In this document: positions 9,581 to 20,868 of the stretch, one piece after another
How positions within the stretch are numbered: position 1 is the first letter of the stretch
Layout of the letters: each line of letters opens with the position of its first letter
Source of the DNA: a virus
Direction: 5' to 3' (one strand)
Virus record (IMG/VR): IMGVR_UViG_3300036390_000001
Location: 1-64,000 of that record
Length of the DNA stretch: 64,000 nt
The notes under the pieces: model-generated
The model's database searches: none
Seen by the model: only the letters and a program-made list of their open reading frames with translations
What the model was told of the DNA's origin: nothing
Made by a program: the position numbers and the translations under genes

Positions 9581-10134
9581 TACTACAGGCGCTGCACTAC
9601 GGCGCCAAGCTTGCCCAAGAAGAATTACACCTTCAAGAATTGGGCATAGCGACACTAACCGCGTGCTTTGTAAATTCCAACCGCGACCCCAAAAAATCAC
9701 AGCCAGCGAAGCCACAGGAATTTTTCTACTTCTGGAAACAGCCCGAAGACGAAGTTCAAATTCCTCCAATTGTTGCCTCTGTATTTTTTGAAATGCTTGC
9801 GGAGAAACTTGTGCCCGGTTGGGTGGTAGCAATGGCGCCTATTGATAAACTACGCAAAGCCAAACCTCAAAACAGTATTAAGCTTTCAGGAATACGCGCG
9901 CTCAGTGGTGATGGGGCATTTTTACTACTTCCGTCATTTGAAGGCGAGAATATTAAGGCGCGCTTGGCTTTTGTTGAGGATGCTACCTGCACAGAGGTGC
10001 GGGATATTGATAGCGGCGCCGTTTATAAGTTGAAGAGTAAAGAATGTCCGGCGCCTTGCTGGATTATTGATGGTGAGTGGTCTATAGTGGGTAAGGCTTC
10101 CACAGAAGTTGATTTAATGGAAACGAAACAATAG
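9460..10134 (+). CDS. Tail assembly chaperone -1 frameshift extension (GT)
   Basis: The -1 frame is open from 9460 (IERGELEEPDWGEIFWRLRKYW...) and continuous with ORF 9640-10134. Confidence 0.8.
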   Translation: MERGELEEPDWGEIFWRLRKYWSNETRFNEENFGNQPTWLILQALHYGAKLAQEELHLQELGIATLTACFVNSNRDPKKSQPAKPQEFFYFWKQPEDEVQIPPIVASVFFEMLAEKLVPGWVVAMAPIDKLRKAKPQNSIKLSGIRALSGDGAFLLLPSFEGENIKARLAFVEDATCTEVRDIDSGAVYKLKSKECPAPCWIIDGEWSIVGKASTEVDLMETKQ

Positions 10135-10142
10135 ATATAACG

Positions 10143-10179
10143 ACAAAAAGGTGCCTAGTAGATGCAGGCACCTTTTTGT
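10143..10179 (+). terminator. Intrinsic terminator
   Basis: ACAAAAAGGTGCCT...AGGCACCTTTTTGT inverted repeat with U-tract. Confidence 0.75.
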
Positions 10180-10419
10180 TTTGAACTATTAATCGCCTAC
10201 TGGCATCACAGGTAAATTAAAAGAGCGATTGAAGTCTAAACTTTAAACTTTAAAACTGCTCAACACTTTGCAGCAATCAAAGGTTGTTTTTAAATATATA
10301 TCGGTGCCGCGTCCACTTGTAGGGCGCTTTAAGTTTTCTTCACGAACAGTTAAAACCACCTTCTGATAAGAAGGTATTCGCCATAGGAACTCTAAACCCG
10401 ACGCAAGTAGTGGCTGGGT

Positions 10420-13400
10420 ATGGAAGTCGGGTCAGTTTCAATTCAACTAGATTTAGAGCGCGCGGGATTTGACCGAGACATATCCTCAGTCGAGCGCACA
10501 GCCATTGACCCAATCAAAGCGCCGCTTAAGTTAGAGAAAGGGGAGTTTGATAGACAGGTCAAGGGTATTGGCGATTTAATCAAACCCATAGTAGCCCCCC
10601 TCGATGCTGACACCAAAGGATTGCAGCGTCAGTTATCAGGCTTAAAGCTAGATGCAATGCCCGTCCAGCTAACTCCAGACTTACAAGCTTTTAATCGCCA
10701 AATACAGAGCTACAAGGCGCCAGAAGTAACCGTAAAGCTCAAAACTGACGCTTCAGAGATTAATAAAATATCTGACCAAATCACTACAGAAGTTAAAACC
10801 AAAGTAGAAGCGAAAATCAGCGTTGACGGCGGCACTAGTGGCGGTTTTAGCCCTGCGAGCATGGAAGGCGCCATTGCCAAGGGAATGCAGGGAGCGATGG
10901 AGTCTCAAGGTAGAAGCTCAAAAGCTGATTCAATGGGTCAGCAGTTTACAGACTTCATGCTATCCCCTCTCAATGCTGCCTACAAGGGATTAAAAACTGT
11001 TGTTAGCGGCGCCTTAGAAAATGTTGGTAAATCTTTTAGCGACTCGTTTGGTAAATCATTAGCGCAAGGGCTGGACAAAGATTTTGGCAGCGTGTTACAA
11101 AAAGCAGGTGCCAAGGTCGGAGAATCCTTCGGCTTTTTGGGCAAGGAAATAACCAGCAAAACCAAATACAAAGATTCTTTAAATAACGATACTAAAGGCA
11201 GCTTTACTGAACTACAGCAAGACTTAAAGCCAATTGTTACCGACATCAATCAAGTAGCATCAGCATTTAAAAAAGTTGGCTTAGATATTGGTGGTTTTGC
11301 TTCCCACATTCAAAATGCTTCTAATTCGGCACTGTCTTTAATTTCCGCATTCACTAAATTAGAAACCATTGTTTCTAAATCGTCTCTTCAACAAACGAAG
11401 TCATCAGCTACAACAGCAACACAAGGCTTTTTAACAGGCGACATTAAAAATCTCACTACAATACAAGCGCGCGGACAAGTTGACGGCGCCAGGAAGCAAC
11501 TAGAATCTCAACTTAACGAGTTAAAATCTTTACCTCAAACATCGGAAACTAGAGGCAAAGTAGCAGAGCTAATTAATCAAATATCTGAGCTTGAGCAGAA
11601 AATTGCCAATGATATTAAAAACTCTGCAATCCCTGAATCGGTACGCAGGTCGCTAGGGAAATTAAAAGGCGCCGGAGGTAAGCTCAGTGAACTTAAGACA
11701 GAAGCCGAAAAAATGCGCTTGTCGATGGGTTCACCAACGGCGCAGCGTGATGAGTCGCAAGTTAAAGCTAGACCTAGTACGCAAAATTTAAGCTTGTACA
11801 GAGCGCAAAGTCTGCCACAGGGAGGACTCCCCGTGGCGAGCTTTGCGTCTGGTAATAGTGGCAACCGTGACAGCCTCATGGGTATTGAGCAAGAAGCAAA
11901 ACTTGCTCAAGCTAATTTCAAGCGCATTTTTAAGCAGGTTGCAAAACTCTCAGGAATGCCGTCCGAGCAATCCAAAAATGCAAACCTAGGACTGGAATTT
12001 AAAGATTTAGGCGAAGGCGTTAAAGGTGCCTATAATGCCAGAAACAACAGCGTTAGTTTAGCCAATGGCTTACAAAGTAAGCTTGCACAAGGGATTTTAA
12101 GTAAAGACGAGTTAAATACTTTAATTCATGAAATCCGTCACGCATTACAGATTGATTTTGGGAACACGCGCGTTACAGGAATAGCAACAGGTAATCAGCG
12201 AGCAGGTGTCAAGCTACAAGCCAAGGCGCCTGATAGCGTTAAAAAAGATGTTGATGCTTCGGTCGAAGAGTATCGACAAGCATTTAAGCAAGAGTTTGGC
12301 AAAGAACCACCACAGAAACTATTAGATACAATTCGCAAACTAGAAACTGATGCTTATGCATTTGCAGAAAAAGCGATATTCCAAATATCTCAAAACTTAG
12401 CTAAAACGCTTAAGCTTAATCCTGATAAACCAGCGCAAGCAGTTAGACCATCGCGATTACCAACTCCTCCACCTCCACCGCCAGAACTTGCAATCAATAG
12501 AAGACCTAGGGCGTCCACGTTACCTACTCCCCCTCCCCCTCCAGATTTTAAACTGCCTTTTGAATCTTCATCTAATCCGGCTCGTCGGGAACCAGAGGAA
12601 TTAAAGAAAACCCTCAGATCAAACTTGCTTCGTATGAATGCAATTGCCGAACGCATTCAACAAGAGCAGCAAGAAGAATTTGGGCAATCTTACGGCATAA
12701 AAACAATAAAAGGACTGCTCAACAATGGACAAATTCCCGACGCTGAATACAAAGCTTTAAAACGTAGCCAAGCGCAAGCAGCACAGGAATACAAAGGCGC
12801 AATTCAAGGTGGTTACAAGCCTTTTGTTCGCTCAACGGCGATACCTATACCACCGCCACCACCAGCAATACCGCCACGTGCGCGAGAATCTATTCGACCT
12901 GAACTAGAAATTCAAAATTTACAAAATACTACCAATCAAGCAACAAAGGCATGGTGGAATGGTACTACAAACCAACTTCGCCAAATTGGTAAAGACATTA
13001 ATCAAAGCTTTAATCCTAAAGTTTCTGCAAGCTCTATTAAGCTCGACAACATTAAAGCTGAAATCGAAAAAAATCAACAGTACATGGCGAAAGCCATTTC
13101 TGACCTCCAGCAAAAACTAATAGCTGAAGGTATGAATGTTACACGCGCTAACGTCGCTAAAATGCTGCGTAGTGGACAATATTATGACCCACAATTTAAT
13201 ACTGCACAAGCGCGCACTAAAGAACTTCAATTTACACGCGCGGATATTCAAAAAGGCAATCAACCCAGCATCGTTGATGGTTCTACCGGGCAGAAGCGCC
13301 TAGTAGCAGCAAACGACCCAATATTTAAAAAGCTAGCAGATACTCAGCGCAAGCTTGACGATTCTGCTCGTAAGGCGCAAGCAGAAATACTAAAAGAGAC

Positions 13401-16400
13401 AGGACAGCAATACAAGTTAACAACTGTCAAAAATTTCTTAAGGCAAGGCAAATTTGAAGGCACGTCTGCTGGAAACGAATACTCAAATTTACAACGTCAG
13501 AAACAGCAACAAATTGAAGAGTTAAACAGGCGCCGCACTGCTGCCGTTGCGCCTCCATCCCCAAGACCAGCGAACGACGCTCAAAGATTCGAGAACATGT
13601 TCCGCAGGTTGGAAGTGATGCTTTATCGCTCACCCATGCTTCGTGGAGTGCCTGCTTCATCCCGACGCTCGCTAGTCTCTGAAGCGACGGGTTTTGTGTT
13701 TAGCGGCGCCGCGATGATTAACCCTCTCGCTACTTTTGGCGCTTTGTTGGCGCCGCTAACGCCAGCAATAGCGCCCTTAATTACTACCTTTGGCTTGCTT
13801 GGTAATGCGCTTAAACCTTTAATTGATGTTGTTACAGAAACTATCAAAAAATTAGAGCCAGCAACAAAGCGATTAGAATTTGTTTCTGGCAGTAAAGAAG
13901 CTGCTCAAAAAGACATTAAATTTGTTACAGACACCTCAGATAAATTAGATACTCCTCAGTTAGCTTCAATAGAAGGATTCTCTAAATTATCAGCAGCAGC
14001 CAAAGGGACATCATTAGAAGGTGGGGGAGTAAAAGAACTATTTGAAGGGATATCAACCGCATCTAAAGCGCTTCAGTTGTCGCAAGAAGATTTAAACCTT
14101 GTAATGTTTGGATTTTCGCAAAGTTTAAGTAAACAGCGTTTGACAGCAGAAGAGGTTCGTCTACAAATTGGCGAACGCTTGCCGGGCGCCATTTCTGTCT
14201 TCGCTAAATCTCTTAACATGACAGTTCCAGAATTTAACGAAGCCTTGGAAAGCGGTAAATTAGGAATTGAATCATTAGCTAAACTTGGTAAAGGTTTTCA
14301 ACAGTATTTTCAACAAGGCGCCGAAGCTGCTAGCGGTGGATTACTTGCAGCATTAACGCGCGTTGATAACGCAGTTTTGAAATTACAAAAAGGATTAGCA
14401 GATGCGTTTGGCCCAGCGCTTGCAATGTTTAATAATGGCTTTGCAAGTTTAATCAATTTTATTAGCTCTAATCTAGAAAACATTATTAAAGTCTTTAACG
14501 TTGCAGTGATTGGGATAGCAGCGCAGTTTTTAGTCGGGATGACGGTCATCCTTCAAGGTTCAGGCATACCGCAAAAAATCGCCGCATTTTTAACGCCATT
14601 AGTAGCGCGCGCCGCCTCGACAATGACACCATTTGTCTTGGGTATTGCAGCTGACTTATTAGATGACGTATTCGGCGCCAAAGCTTCGGTCATGGACAAC
14701 ATGATGAAAGGCTTTTACAACATGGTATTGACCGTTATTTTAGCGGTTGACGGCGCCATCAAAAAAGTCAGAGAATTATTCAACGTAGCCGACTCTGGCA
14801 TCAAGAGTCTACCTAAAATCCCAACGCAAGGAGAAAAACCAGAAGGCAACAGAATGCTTGATACTTTGGGTACAACCGTTGTCGCTGGGATATCTGGCGG
14901 TTTAATGGGTGGCGCCAAGGGTGGGGCGGTTGGAGCAGTAGCGGGAGCTATATTCGGCATCGTTGGCGGGATGGATGCACTGCGTAAAATTATGCCTAGT
15001 GTATTTGTTGAATTCGCTTCTTTGATGCTGATTTTAATGCAATCAGTAGTATTGTTGAAAATGTCGCTTGGAGTGCAGATTGCTGCATTCGTTGGCAACT
15101 TAAAAGCGATGGCGTCCGCATTTTTAATTAACGCCAAAAATGGCGGAGTCTTTAGGTCGGGTTTAAATACATTGAGTGCTGGGTTTGACAAAGCGCAATT
15201 GAAGATGGCTGCTTTTTCTGCCGCGTTTATTCTGTTCTTCGCTAAAGCTAACTTCTCTAATGAATTGGGTAGTAGCTTTGACAAATTAGGCGACCAAATG
15301 GCTAGCGCAATGCAGAAAGCTGCTTTATCGACTCAAAAGGTTGTCGATAAACAAAAAGAGCTTAAAAGTAAAACCGAACTAAAGTCTCAAGGCTTTGACC
15401 TTACTTTTGGCTTGGGTGAGTCATTTGGCATGGAGAACGGTTTTAGAACCGATGACATGATTAAAAGGTTTAGACAAAGCACGCTGGATGATATCGACGA
15501 AAGCGAATCGCGTGGACAAATCTCTAAAGAAAGGGCTAGCCAACTTCGCCAAGAAGTTAAAGATAGCTACAGGACTTTTGCTGACAATAATTTCGATAGC
15601 AACTTATTAAAAATAGATGAGCGCAAACAAGAATTAGCTGCAATCACAGATGGTAGCGGATTATTTAGCGGGCAATTCAAAAGCACCAAGGCTGGCGAAT
15701 CATTTGAAAGAGTTAAGCAAATTGACTCAGAAATCAAGAATCTGCAAAATCAAAGATTAGATTTAGTAGAAAAACCAGGCGCAACTAAAGACCCAGCAAT
15801 ATCTAAACAAGTTCAAGAGCTAGAAAAGCAAATAAAGGATAAGGAGAAAGAAAGGGGCGAAGCTGTTAAACCTGTACAACAGCTACGAGATTCTATATTG
15901 TCGAGTGAGAAAGTATTTCAAGATGCGCTCGCTAAAATCAACGAAGACCCCAATCTTCCCGAAGCCAGCAAGCAACAGATGCGGGATAGGTTACAGCCTG
16001 CCATAGCTGAAGTTGACAAGCTCAAAGAAAAACTAAAGGAGTTAGGTTTAATAGATTTATCTCCTTTAGGGAAGCAATTCTCTGAAGTTCAAAGCGCGAT
16101 TGAAAAGTCTAATATTGAGCTTGAAAATGATAAAATGCTGCGGCAAGTTGAGCTTGCCAAAAATCAACAAGTAGACTACGAAGATTACGCAGCAGGTAAA
16201 ATCACTAAAGAGGAACTTGATGTTAACCTCAAAACGAGCGAGAGAAAATCTTTACAAAAAGATGCTGACATACTCAGGGCGACTCTAGACACACGCAAAA
16301 CGCAGGTGCGTGATTTGTTAGCAGTCCCTAACCCCAGCAAAGACCAAAAAGAGGTCATTGAGAAGACACAAAAAGAAATTCGTGATAAAGAGCTAGAATT

Positions 16401-18780
16401 AGCTAAAACTCGCATTCAAATTGCTCAAAATGTCGCAGATGCCAAGCGACAATCAGAGGAAGAAGCATTGCGCGCATTCCAAGAGGCAAACGCTAAAGTT
16501 GCTTCCACTATTCAAAGGCAACAAACCGAGCAGGTTACAGGCATAAAATCTCGCTTGATGCGCGGACAAATTACTCAAGAGGAAGCAGACAAACAATTAG
16601 CGGGCAATAGCTCAAATAGCGCATTGCAAGATATTGAAGAAGCAAAACGTCAGCTTGCTAACTTTGAAGCGAAGCGCAGCACATTCAACTCCAAAGAAGC
16701 AATTAAGCAAGAGTCTGAACTTCAAAGAAATCTTGCTGAAGCTAATTTAAAATATATTGAATCCGAATTATCAAGAATCGACCTGCGTAAAAAACAAATT
16801 ATTGATGATTTAGAGCGCGCTAATCGCAAAGCCGAAGCAACAATTAATTTATCTCAAACCAACCGCACAACGGCAATTAAATCTCAATTATTAGACGGCG
16901 ACATCTCTCCCGAACAAGCGGCGCGACTACAAAACAAAATTGACCAAGACGCAACAGATGAAAGTATTGCTAATATCAAGCGTCGCATAGAAGAAAACAA
17001 GCGCCTACGCAAAGAAGGCACGCGCGACGCTAAAACAGCAGACGACATCGAAATTCAACTCAATCAAGATTTAGCAAAAGCTAACCAACAAGCGATTGAC
17101 CAACAAATACAAGCACAGGAGCAATTGCGCGACGCCATAGACAAAACTTTACAGCGCCGCAAAGCACAACTTGATTTAGAAAAGCTTGGCGCCGATATTG
17201 ATTTTGAATCAACTATTTTAGGTCAAGCGCGCACCAAAACCAATCGACTTAGTAGTAACTCCCCCAGAGATATACGCGCAACTGAATTAAGCGACCGCGC
17301 GCTTGAATTAAATAATAAAGGCGCCGCATTATCAAGCGAGCGCACCAGTATTGAAAAGCAAGCTGCTTTAATTGATGAACAAATAGCTGGACTTGATAAA
17401 CTCAATTTATCAACCGAGCAATACAATGACCGCAGAACCGCGCTAGAAAATGAATACGGTCAACTTGCGCTGCGCTATCTTAAAAACCAACAAGAGCAAG
17501 AGCAAACCAAGCAAGAGAAAATCCTTAATAATAAAGAAGTAGAAATTAATGCTATTGAGCGCGCCAAAGCAGCCGAGCAAAACCGCCATCAATTATTAGT
17601 TTCTCAACTCGACGAACAAAAATCTAAACTTGATTTAATCAATCAAAGTTTAGAGCTAACAGGTAAACTCAATGAATCAAGGCTCAATTTAAGTAAAGCG
17701 CTTTCTGATGCGGCAGTGGCGCCACTCGAAACCAGAAAATCAAACGCTGATAGAGCATTGGAATTATCTAAGCGCCTTGATGACAAAGACTTAGACCCTC
17801 GCGTTAGTCGTGAGATTAAAAATCAGCTTGGCTCGCTTGGTTTTGGTACTAAAGAAATTGACATACTCAATCAGCGCGCGCAGATTGAAGACGAAATCGC
17901 CGCCAAGAAATTAGAGGCATTAAAAACCGAGCAAGCCTTCCAGCGCAAGTCTTTAGAATTAGATTTACAGCGCCAAGCAATTGCTGCTCAAATGGCGATT
18001 TATGATGCGGAAGGCGCCCAGTTAGCAGCAGAAAAATCAAGAATCGAAGCCGAATCAGCGCTGCGTATTGCTCAAGCTAAAGGCGATGACTTAGGTATTA
18101 AATCAGCAGAAATTGGAATTCAATTAGCTGAGAAAGAAGCCTCAATTGCTGAGAGGAAACTAGAGGCAGCACAAAGTAGCGCCAACGCTCAAGGCGAGCT
18201 TGCAAGAAACGCAGTTCTCGCTCAAGAAGTAACCCAGCGCACAGCAATCGACCAACAACTAGCAGCAGACGGCGCCCGTAAACAAGCCAACGCGCTAGAG
18301 AAAGTTGAAACTATAGCTAAAAATAGCGCTTCTAAGAATAGTCCCGGTGCATCGAGTGGTGGAGGCGCCGATAATTGGGAAAATCCCTACATTCAAAAGA
18401 AGGGCGAAGGGATATTTGACTACAACCTGCGCCTTAATAAAATGCGTACATTTGGGCAACTCGTTGAAACCAACAACCGCACAAGCGTAGTTGAAGACAA
18501 TATCTTAGCTAGTCCCAACCCACGCACCCTACCGCCAATTGACCGCACTGCCCAAGTCGCAAACGACGCACGTATACAACCTCTTGAAAGTCCGCTTACT
18601 CAAGCAATAAACGCGCTTGAATATACCTTCTCCGCAAAGATTGATAATTTATCTGCTGCCATTATGCAAGTCGTTAACATGCCGCGCAACCTCACAGTAC
18701 AAACGGCGCAACCAGTTGACGATGCGGCGAGTATTTGGAATGACTTGGCTAATCAGAAGGTTGGCGCCAGTAATTTGTAG
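10420..18780 (+). CDS. Tail tape measure protein
   Basis: 2786 aa; N-terminal VGSVSIQLDL, tape-measure motif Q..SK.RLTAEEVRLQIGERLPGA, long coiled coil. Confidence 0.92.
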   Translation: MEVGSVSIQLDLERAGFDRDISSVERTAIDPIKAPLKLEKGEFDRQVKGIGDLIKPIVAPLDADTKGLQRQLSGLKLDAMPVQLTPDLQAFNRQIQSYKAPEVTVKLKTDASEINKISDQITTEVKTKVEAKISVDGGTSGGFSPASMEGAIAKGMQGAMESQGRSSKADSMGQQFTDFMLSPLNAAYKGLKTVVSGALENVGKSFSDSFGKSLAQGLDKDFGSVLQKAGAKVGESFGFLGKEITSKTKYKDSLNNDTKGSFTELQQDLKPIVTDINQVASAFKKVGLDIGGFASHIQNASNSALSLISAFTKLETIVSKSSLQQTKSSATTATQGFLTGDIKNLTTIQARGQVDGARKQLESQLNELKSLPQTSETRGKVAELINQISELEQKIANDIKNSAIPESVRRSLGKLKGAGGKLSELKTEAEKMRLSMGSPTAQRDESQVKARPSTQNLSLYRAQSLPQGGLPVASFASGNSGNRDSLMGIEQEAKLAQANFKRIFKQVAKLSGMPSEQSKNANLGLEFKDLGEGVKGAYNARNNSVSLANGLQSKLAQGILSKDELNTLIHEIRHALQIDFGNTRVTGIATGNQRAGVKLQAKAPDSVKKDVDASVEEYRQAFKQEFGKEPPQKLLDTIRKLETDAYAFAEKAIFQISQNLAKTLKLNPDKPAQAVRPSRLPTPPPPPPELAINRRPRASTLPTPPPPPDFKLPFESSSNPARREPEELKKTLRSNLLRMNAIAERIQQEQQEEFGQSYGIKTIKGLLNNGQIPDAEYKALKRSQAQAAQEYKGAIQGGYKPFVRSTAIPIPPPPPAIPPRARESIRPELEIQNLQNTTNQATKAWWNGTTNQLRQIGKDINQSFNPKVSASSIKLDNIKAEIEKNQQYMAKAISDLQQKLIAEGMNVTRANVAKMLRSGQYYDPQFNTAQARTKELQFTRADIQKGNQPSIVDGSTGQKRLVAANDPIFKKLADTQRKLDDSARKAQAEILKETGQQYKLTTVKNFLRQGKFEGTSAGNEYSNLQRQKQQQIEELNRRRTAAVAPPSPRPANDAQRFENMFRRLEVMLYRSPMLRGVPASSRRSLVSEATGFVFSGAAMINPLATFGALLAPLTPAIAPLITTFGLLGNALKPLIDVVTETIKKLEPATKRLEFVSGSKEAAQKDIKFVTDTSDKLDTPQLASIEGFSKLSAAAKGTSLEGGGVKELFEGISTASKALQLSQEDLNLVMFGFSQSLSKQRLTAEEVRLQIGERLPGAISVFAKSLNMTVPEFNEALESGKLGIESLAKLGKGFQQYFQQGAEAASGGLLAALTRVDNAVLKLQKGLADAFGPALAMFNNGFASLINFISSNLENIIKVFNVAVIGIAAQFLVGMTVILQGSGIPQKIAAFLTPLVARAASTMTPFVLGIAADLLDDVFGAKASVMDNMMKGFYNMVLTVILAVDGAIKKVRELFNVADSGIKSLPKIPTQGEKPEGNRMLDTLGTTVVAGISGGLMGGAKGGAVGAVAGAIFGIVGGMDALRKIMPSVFVEFASLMLILMQSVVLLKMSLGVQIAAFVGNLKAMASAFLINAKNGGVFRSGLNTLSAGFDKAQLKMAAFSAAFILFFAKANFSNELGSSFDKLGDQMASAMQKAALSTQKVVDKQKELKSKTELKSQGFDLTFGLGESFGMENGFRTDDMIKRFRQSTLDDIDESESRGQISKERASQLRQEVKDSYRTFADNNFDSNLLKIDERKQELAAITDGSGLFSGQFKSTKAGESFERVKQIDSEIKNLQNQRLDLVEKPGATKDPAISKQVQELEKQIKDKEKERGEAVKPVQQLRDSILSSEKVFQDALAKINEDPNLPEASKQQMRDRLQPAIAEVDKLKEKLKELGLIDLSPLGKQFSEVQSAIEKSNIELENDKMLRQVELAKNQQVDYEDYAAGKITKEELDVNLKTSERKSLQKDADILRATLDTRKTQVRDLLAVPNPSKDQKEVIEKTQKEIRDKELELAKTRIQIAQNVADAKRQSEEEALRAFQEANAKVASTIQRQQTEQVTGIKSRLMRGQITQEEADKQLAGNSSNSALQDIEEAKRQLANFEAKRSTFNSKEAIKQESELQRNLAEANLKYIESELSRIDLRKKQIIDDLERANRKAEATINLSQTNRTTAIKSQLLDGDISPEQAARLQNKIDQDATDESIANIKRRIEENKRLRKEGTRDAKTADDIEIQLNQDLAKANQQAIDQQIQAQEQLRDAIDKTLQRRKAQLDLEKLGADIDFESTILGQARTKTNRLSSNSPRDIRATELSDRALELNNKGAALSSERTSIEKQAALIDEQIAGLDKLNLSTEQYNDRRTALENEYGQLALRYLKNQQEQEQTKQEKILNNKEVEINAIERAKAAEQNRHQLLVSQLDEQKSKLDLINQSLELTGKLNESRLNLSKALSDAAVAPLETRKSNADRALELSKRLDDKDLDPRVSREIKNQLGSLGFGTKEIDILNQRAQIEDEIAAKKLEALKTEQAFQRKSLELDLQRQAIAAQMAIYDAEGAQLAAEKSRIEAESALRIAQAKGDDLGIKSAEIGIQLAEKEASIAERKLEAAQSSANAQGELARNAVLAQEVTQRTAIDQQLAADGARKQANALEKVETIAKNSASKNSPGASSGGGADNWENPYIQKKGEGIFDYNLRLNKMRTFGQLVETNNRTSVVEDNILASPNPRTLPPIDRTAQVANDARIQPLESPLTQAINALEYTFSAKIDNLSAAIMQVVNMPRNLTVQTAQPVDDAASIWNDLANQKVGASNL

Positions 18781-18937
18781 GGTGGTGCGCTAAAGCCCTC
18801 TGAAATCGCTGGAACGTCTATGAGGCAAAGCATTGAGGGTGGTGCCCTGGAATGACAAAAAATACCTTCGGATGCGAAGGCGTGCTAACTAAAAAGGCGC
18901 CTGTTTTGAGTGGAGGCGCTTTGTTTAGTCTTACAGA

Positions 18938-19147
18938 TTACTCATTAACTCGAACTTCCTTCTCGGCTTCTACTAACTCTTCAAAAGTGCATCTGTAAAC
19001 TTGCATAAGTTTTTTGATACCCATAGGCGTCATCCTGGGGGAGGTTTTGAACTGCTCCCAGTTTCTTATCGTAGAAATAGCCACGCCAAGCTCTACAGCT
19101 ATTTCTTCCGCTCTTTTTCCCGTCCTGAGTCTCAACTCTTTCATGTT
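18938..19147 (-). CDS. XRE-family HTH regulator
   Basis: LRLRTG...EEIAVELGVAISTIRNWE. Confidence 0.85.
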   Translation of the reverse strand, partial: NMKELRLRTGKRAEEIAVELGVAISTIRNWEQFKTSPRMTPMGIKKLMQVYRCTFEELVEAEKEVRVNE

Positions 19148-19317
19148 CATCGCTGCTAAGTACTTTATTCTCAAATATTATCACAACTAGTTAGTACCGT
19201 CTAGTTGACTTGATACCATTTATTTAGTACTATAAATGCATAGAAAAGGCGCCCCAGTCTGGACAACGAAAGCGCCTCTTCTATATCCACCAATCTTCAT
19301 AAGAGGACATTTTAATT

Positions 19318-19584
19318 ATGACTCAAGCTGTCCTTGAGGCTCAATTTTTGGCGCAAGAAATTTTCCCGAGCTATGAAATCGACTCAGATATTGACCAAGA
19401 TTTCGGTACTCTTTACCGCGTTTGGAACAGCTACCACTTGTGCGGGACGTTTTATCAAGACGCTGATGGCTACTGGATTCCACAGCCAGTTAAATCAGAC
19501 TTTCGTCCGCGCGTGAGAACCGAGATGCAAGCGCAACTCATCATTATCACGGTGTACGAGAACCCTTGCTTGCAAACTGAGTAA
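19318..19584 (+). CDS. Conserved cyanobacterial hypothetical protein
   Basis: EIDSD.D.DFG.LYRVW....L.GTFY motif; GAGGA RBS. Confidence 0.65.
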   Translation: MTQAVLEAQFLAQEIFPSYEIDSDIDQDFGTLYRVWNSYHLCGTFYQDADGYWIPQPVKSDFRPRVRTEMQAQLIIITVYENPCLQTE

Positions 19585-19652
19585 TTGATTTTCCCATCAC
19601 TTTAGCGAGGCGCATAACTAGCGCCTCTTTCTTTCAAATATAGGACAAAATA

Positions 19653-20456
19653 ATGAGCAGCTTAACGATTTTTAACTTTGAGTCGCACGAGGTTCGCTTT
19701 GTAGGGACGGCAGAAAATCCTTGGTGGGTTGCAGTTGATATTTGCGCTGTACTCGAAATAAAGAACAACAGGGACGCAATTGCTAGGCTCGACAATGATG
19801 AAAAAGATGATGTCGCTATTACCGACACCATCGGTAGGCAACAAACAGTGACTTGCATCAACGAGTCAGGACTATATTCTCTTGTTCTCACTAGCCGCAA
19901 ATCTCAGGCGAAGCGCTTCAAAAAGTGGATAACGTCAGAAGTTATTCCAGCTATACGAAAAACTGGCAAATATGAAGCGCCTCAATCTCAATCTCAACCT
20001 AAAGCGCTTGCGCCAAGCCTTGAGCAAATATCAGATTTGGTTGACTTAACTTTGGGCAAGGCAGGTATTGACCCCAAGTTACTAGCAGGTGTCAAACTCA
20101 ATGCCATAGCTAAAGAATATCCAGCGCTCGCGCAAGCCGCAGAAGAAGCCAAGTCGGTTTTAGTGGTGCCAATAGAAAATCAACTACTTCCTCCCAAGCG
20201 CATTGGTGAAATCATTGGCGAGCGCACTGGCGAGAAGAAGTGGTCAGCACAACAAGTTAATAAGAAGTTGATTGAAAAGGAGCTACAGATTGCCAATCCC
20301 GAAGGCGATAACCCTGATTACTTGCCAACAGAAGAAGGCAAGCAATACGGCGAGATAACGCTTGGCACAGCCAAAGGGCACGGCAAAACAGTGCAGCATT
20401 TACGCTGGTATGAGTCAGTGATTGATTGCCTATTGGAGGTTGACAACAATGCGTAA
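19653..20456 (+). CDS. BRO-N domain antirepressor
   Basis: PWWVA.DIC.VL, INESGLYSLVL.SRK..AKRFKKWITSEVIPAIRKTG.Y. Confidence 0.92.
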   Translation: MSSLTIFNFESHEVRFVGTAENPWWVAVDICAVLEIKNNRDAIARLDNDEKDDVAITDTIGRQQTVTCINESGLYSLVLTSRKSQAKRFKKWITSEVIPAIRKTGKYEAPQSQSQPKALAPSLEQISDLVDLTLGKAGIDPKLLAGVKLNAIAKEYPALAQAAEEAKSVLVVPIENQLLPPKRIGEIIGERTGEKKWSAQQVNKKLIEKELQIANPEGDNPDYLPTEEGKQYGEITLGTAKGHGKTVQHLRWYESVIDCLLEVDNNA

Positions 20457-20868
20457 AATAATTGCTTTAGCGCTTGCTTCATGTTTAGCACTGGCGCCGC
20501 AAAGAACACAAGCGAACGGCGCCGCATTAGCGCCCGCTCTTTGCAGCACTGGCGTTGGCTGTATATTTGTCGGCGTAATCACGGTTGGTGGAATCGCTTA
20601 TTATGTTTGGCAAGCCAACGGCAAACAATACCGAGCAAAGCGCAATGGTACTTTAGTCTATCCCGTGGCGCCTGCCAAGAAACCGAAGCCTTTAAGAAGC
20701 GCAAAAGAGAACCGCCATGCCGCAGCTAGCCCTGAACATTGCAGAAAGATGGCGCGCAAATATGGATGGGAGCTAAAAGATATCGAGTACACAGGTAAAG
20801 GATTGTTACCCTACGAGTGTATTTTCAAAGGAAAACAAACCAGTTTCGAGGATGCGGCTAATGAATAA
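20449..20868 (+). CDS. Secreted/membrane protein
   Basis: Signal peptide plus TM helix (ALCSTGVGCIFVG...). Confidence 0.6.
   Translation: MRKIIALALASCLALAPQRTQANGAALAPALCSTGVGCIFVGVITVGGIAYYVWQANGKQYRAKRNGTLVYPVAPAKKPKPLRSAKENRHAAASPEHCRKMARKYGWELKDIEYTGKGLLPYECIFKGKQTSFEDAANE

Noticed and set aside
10980-17426. Antisense ORFs inside the tape measure gene (and similar ones in the portal, tail and ATPase genes)
   Set aside because: Shadow frames of long genes, with no RBS or recognisable motifs
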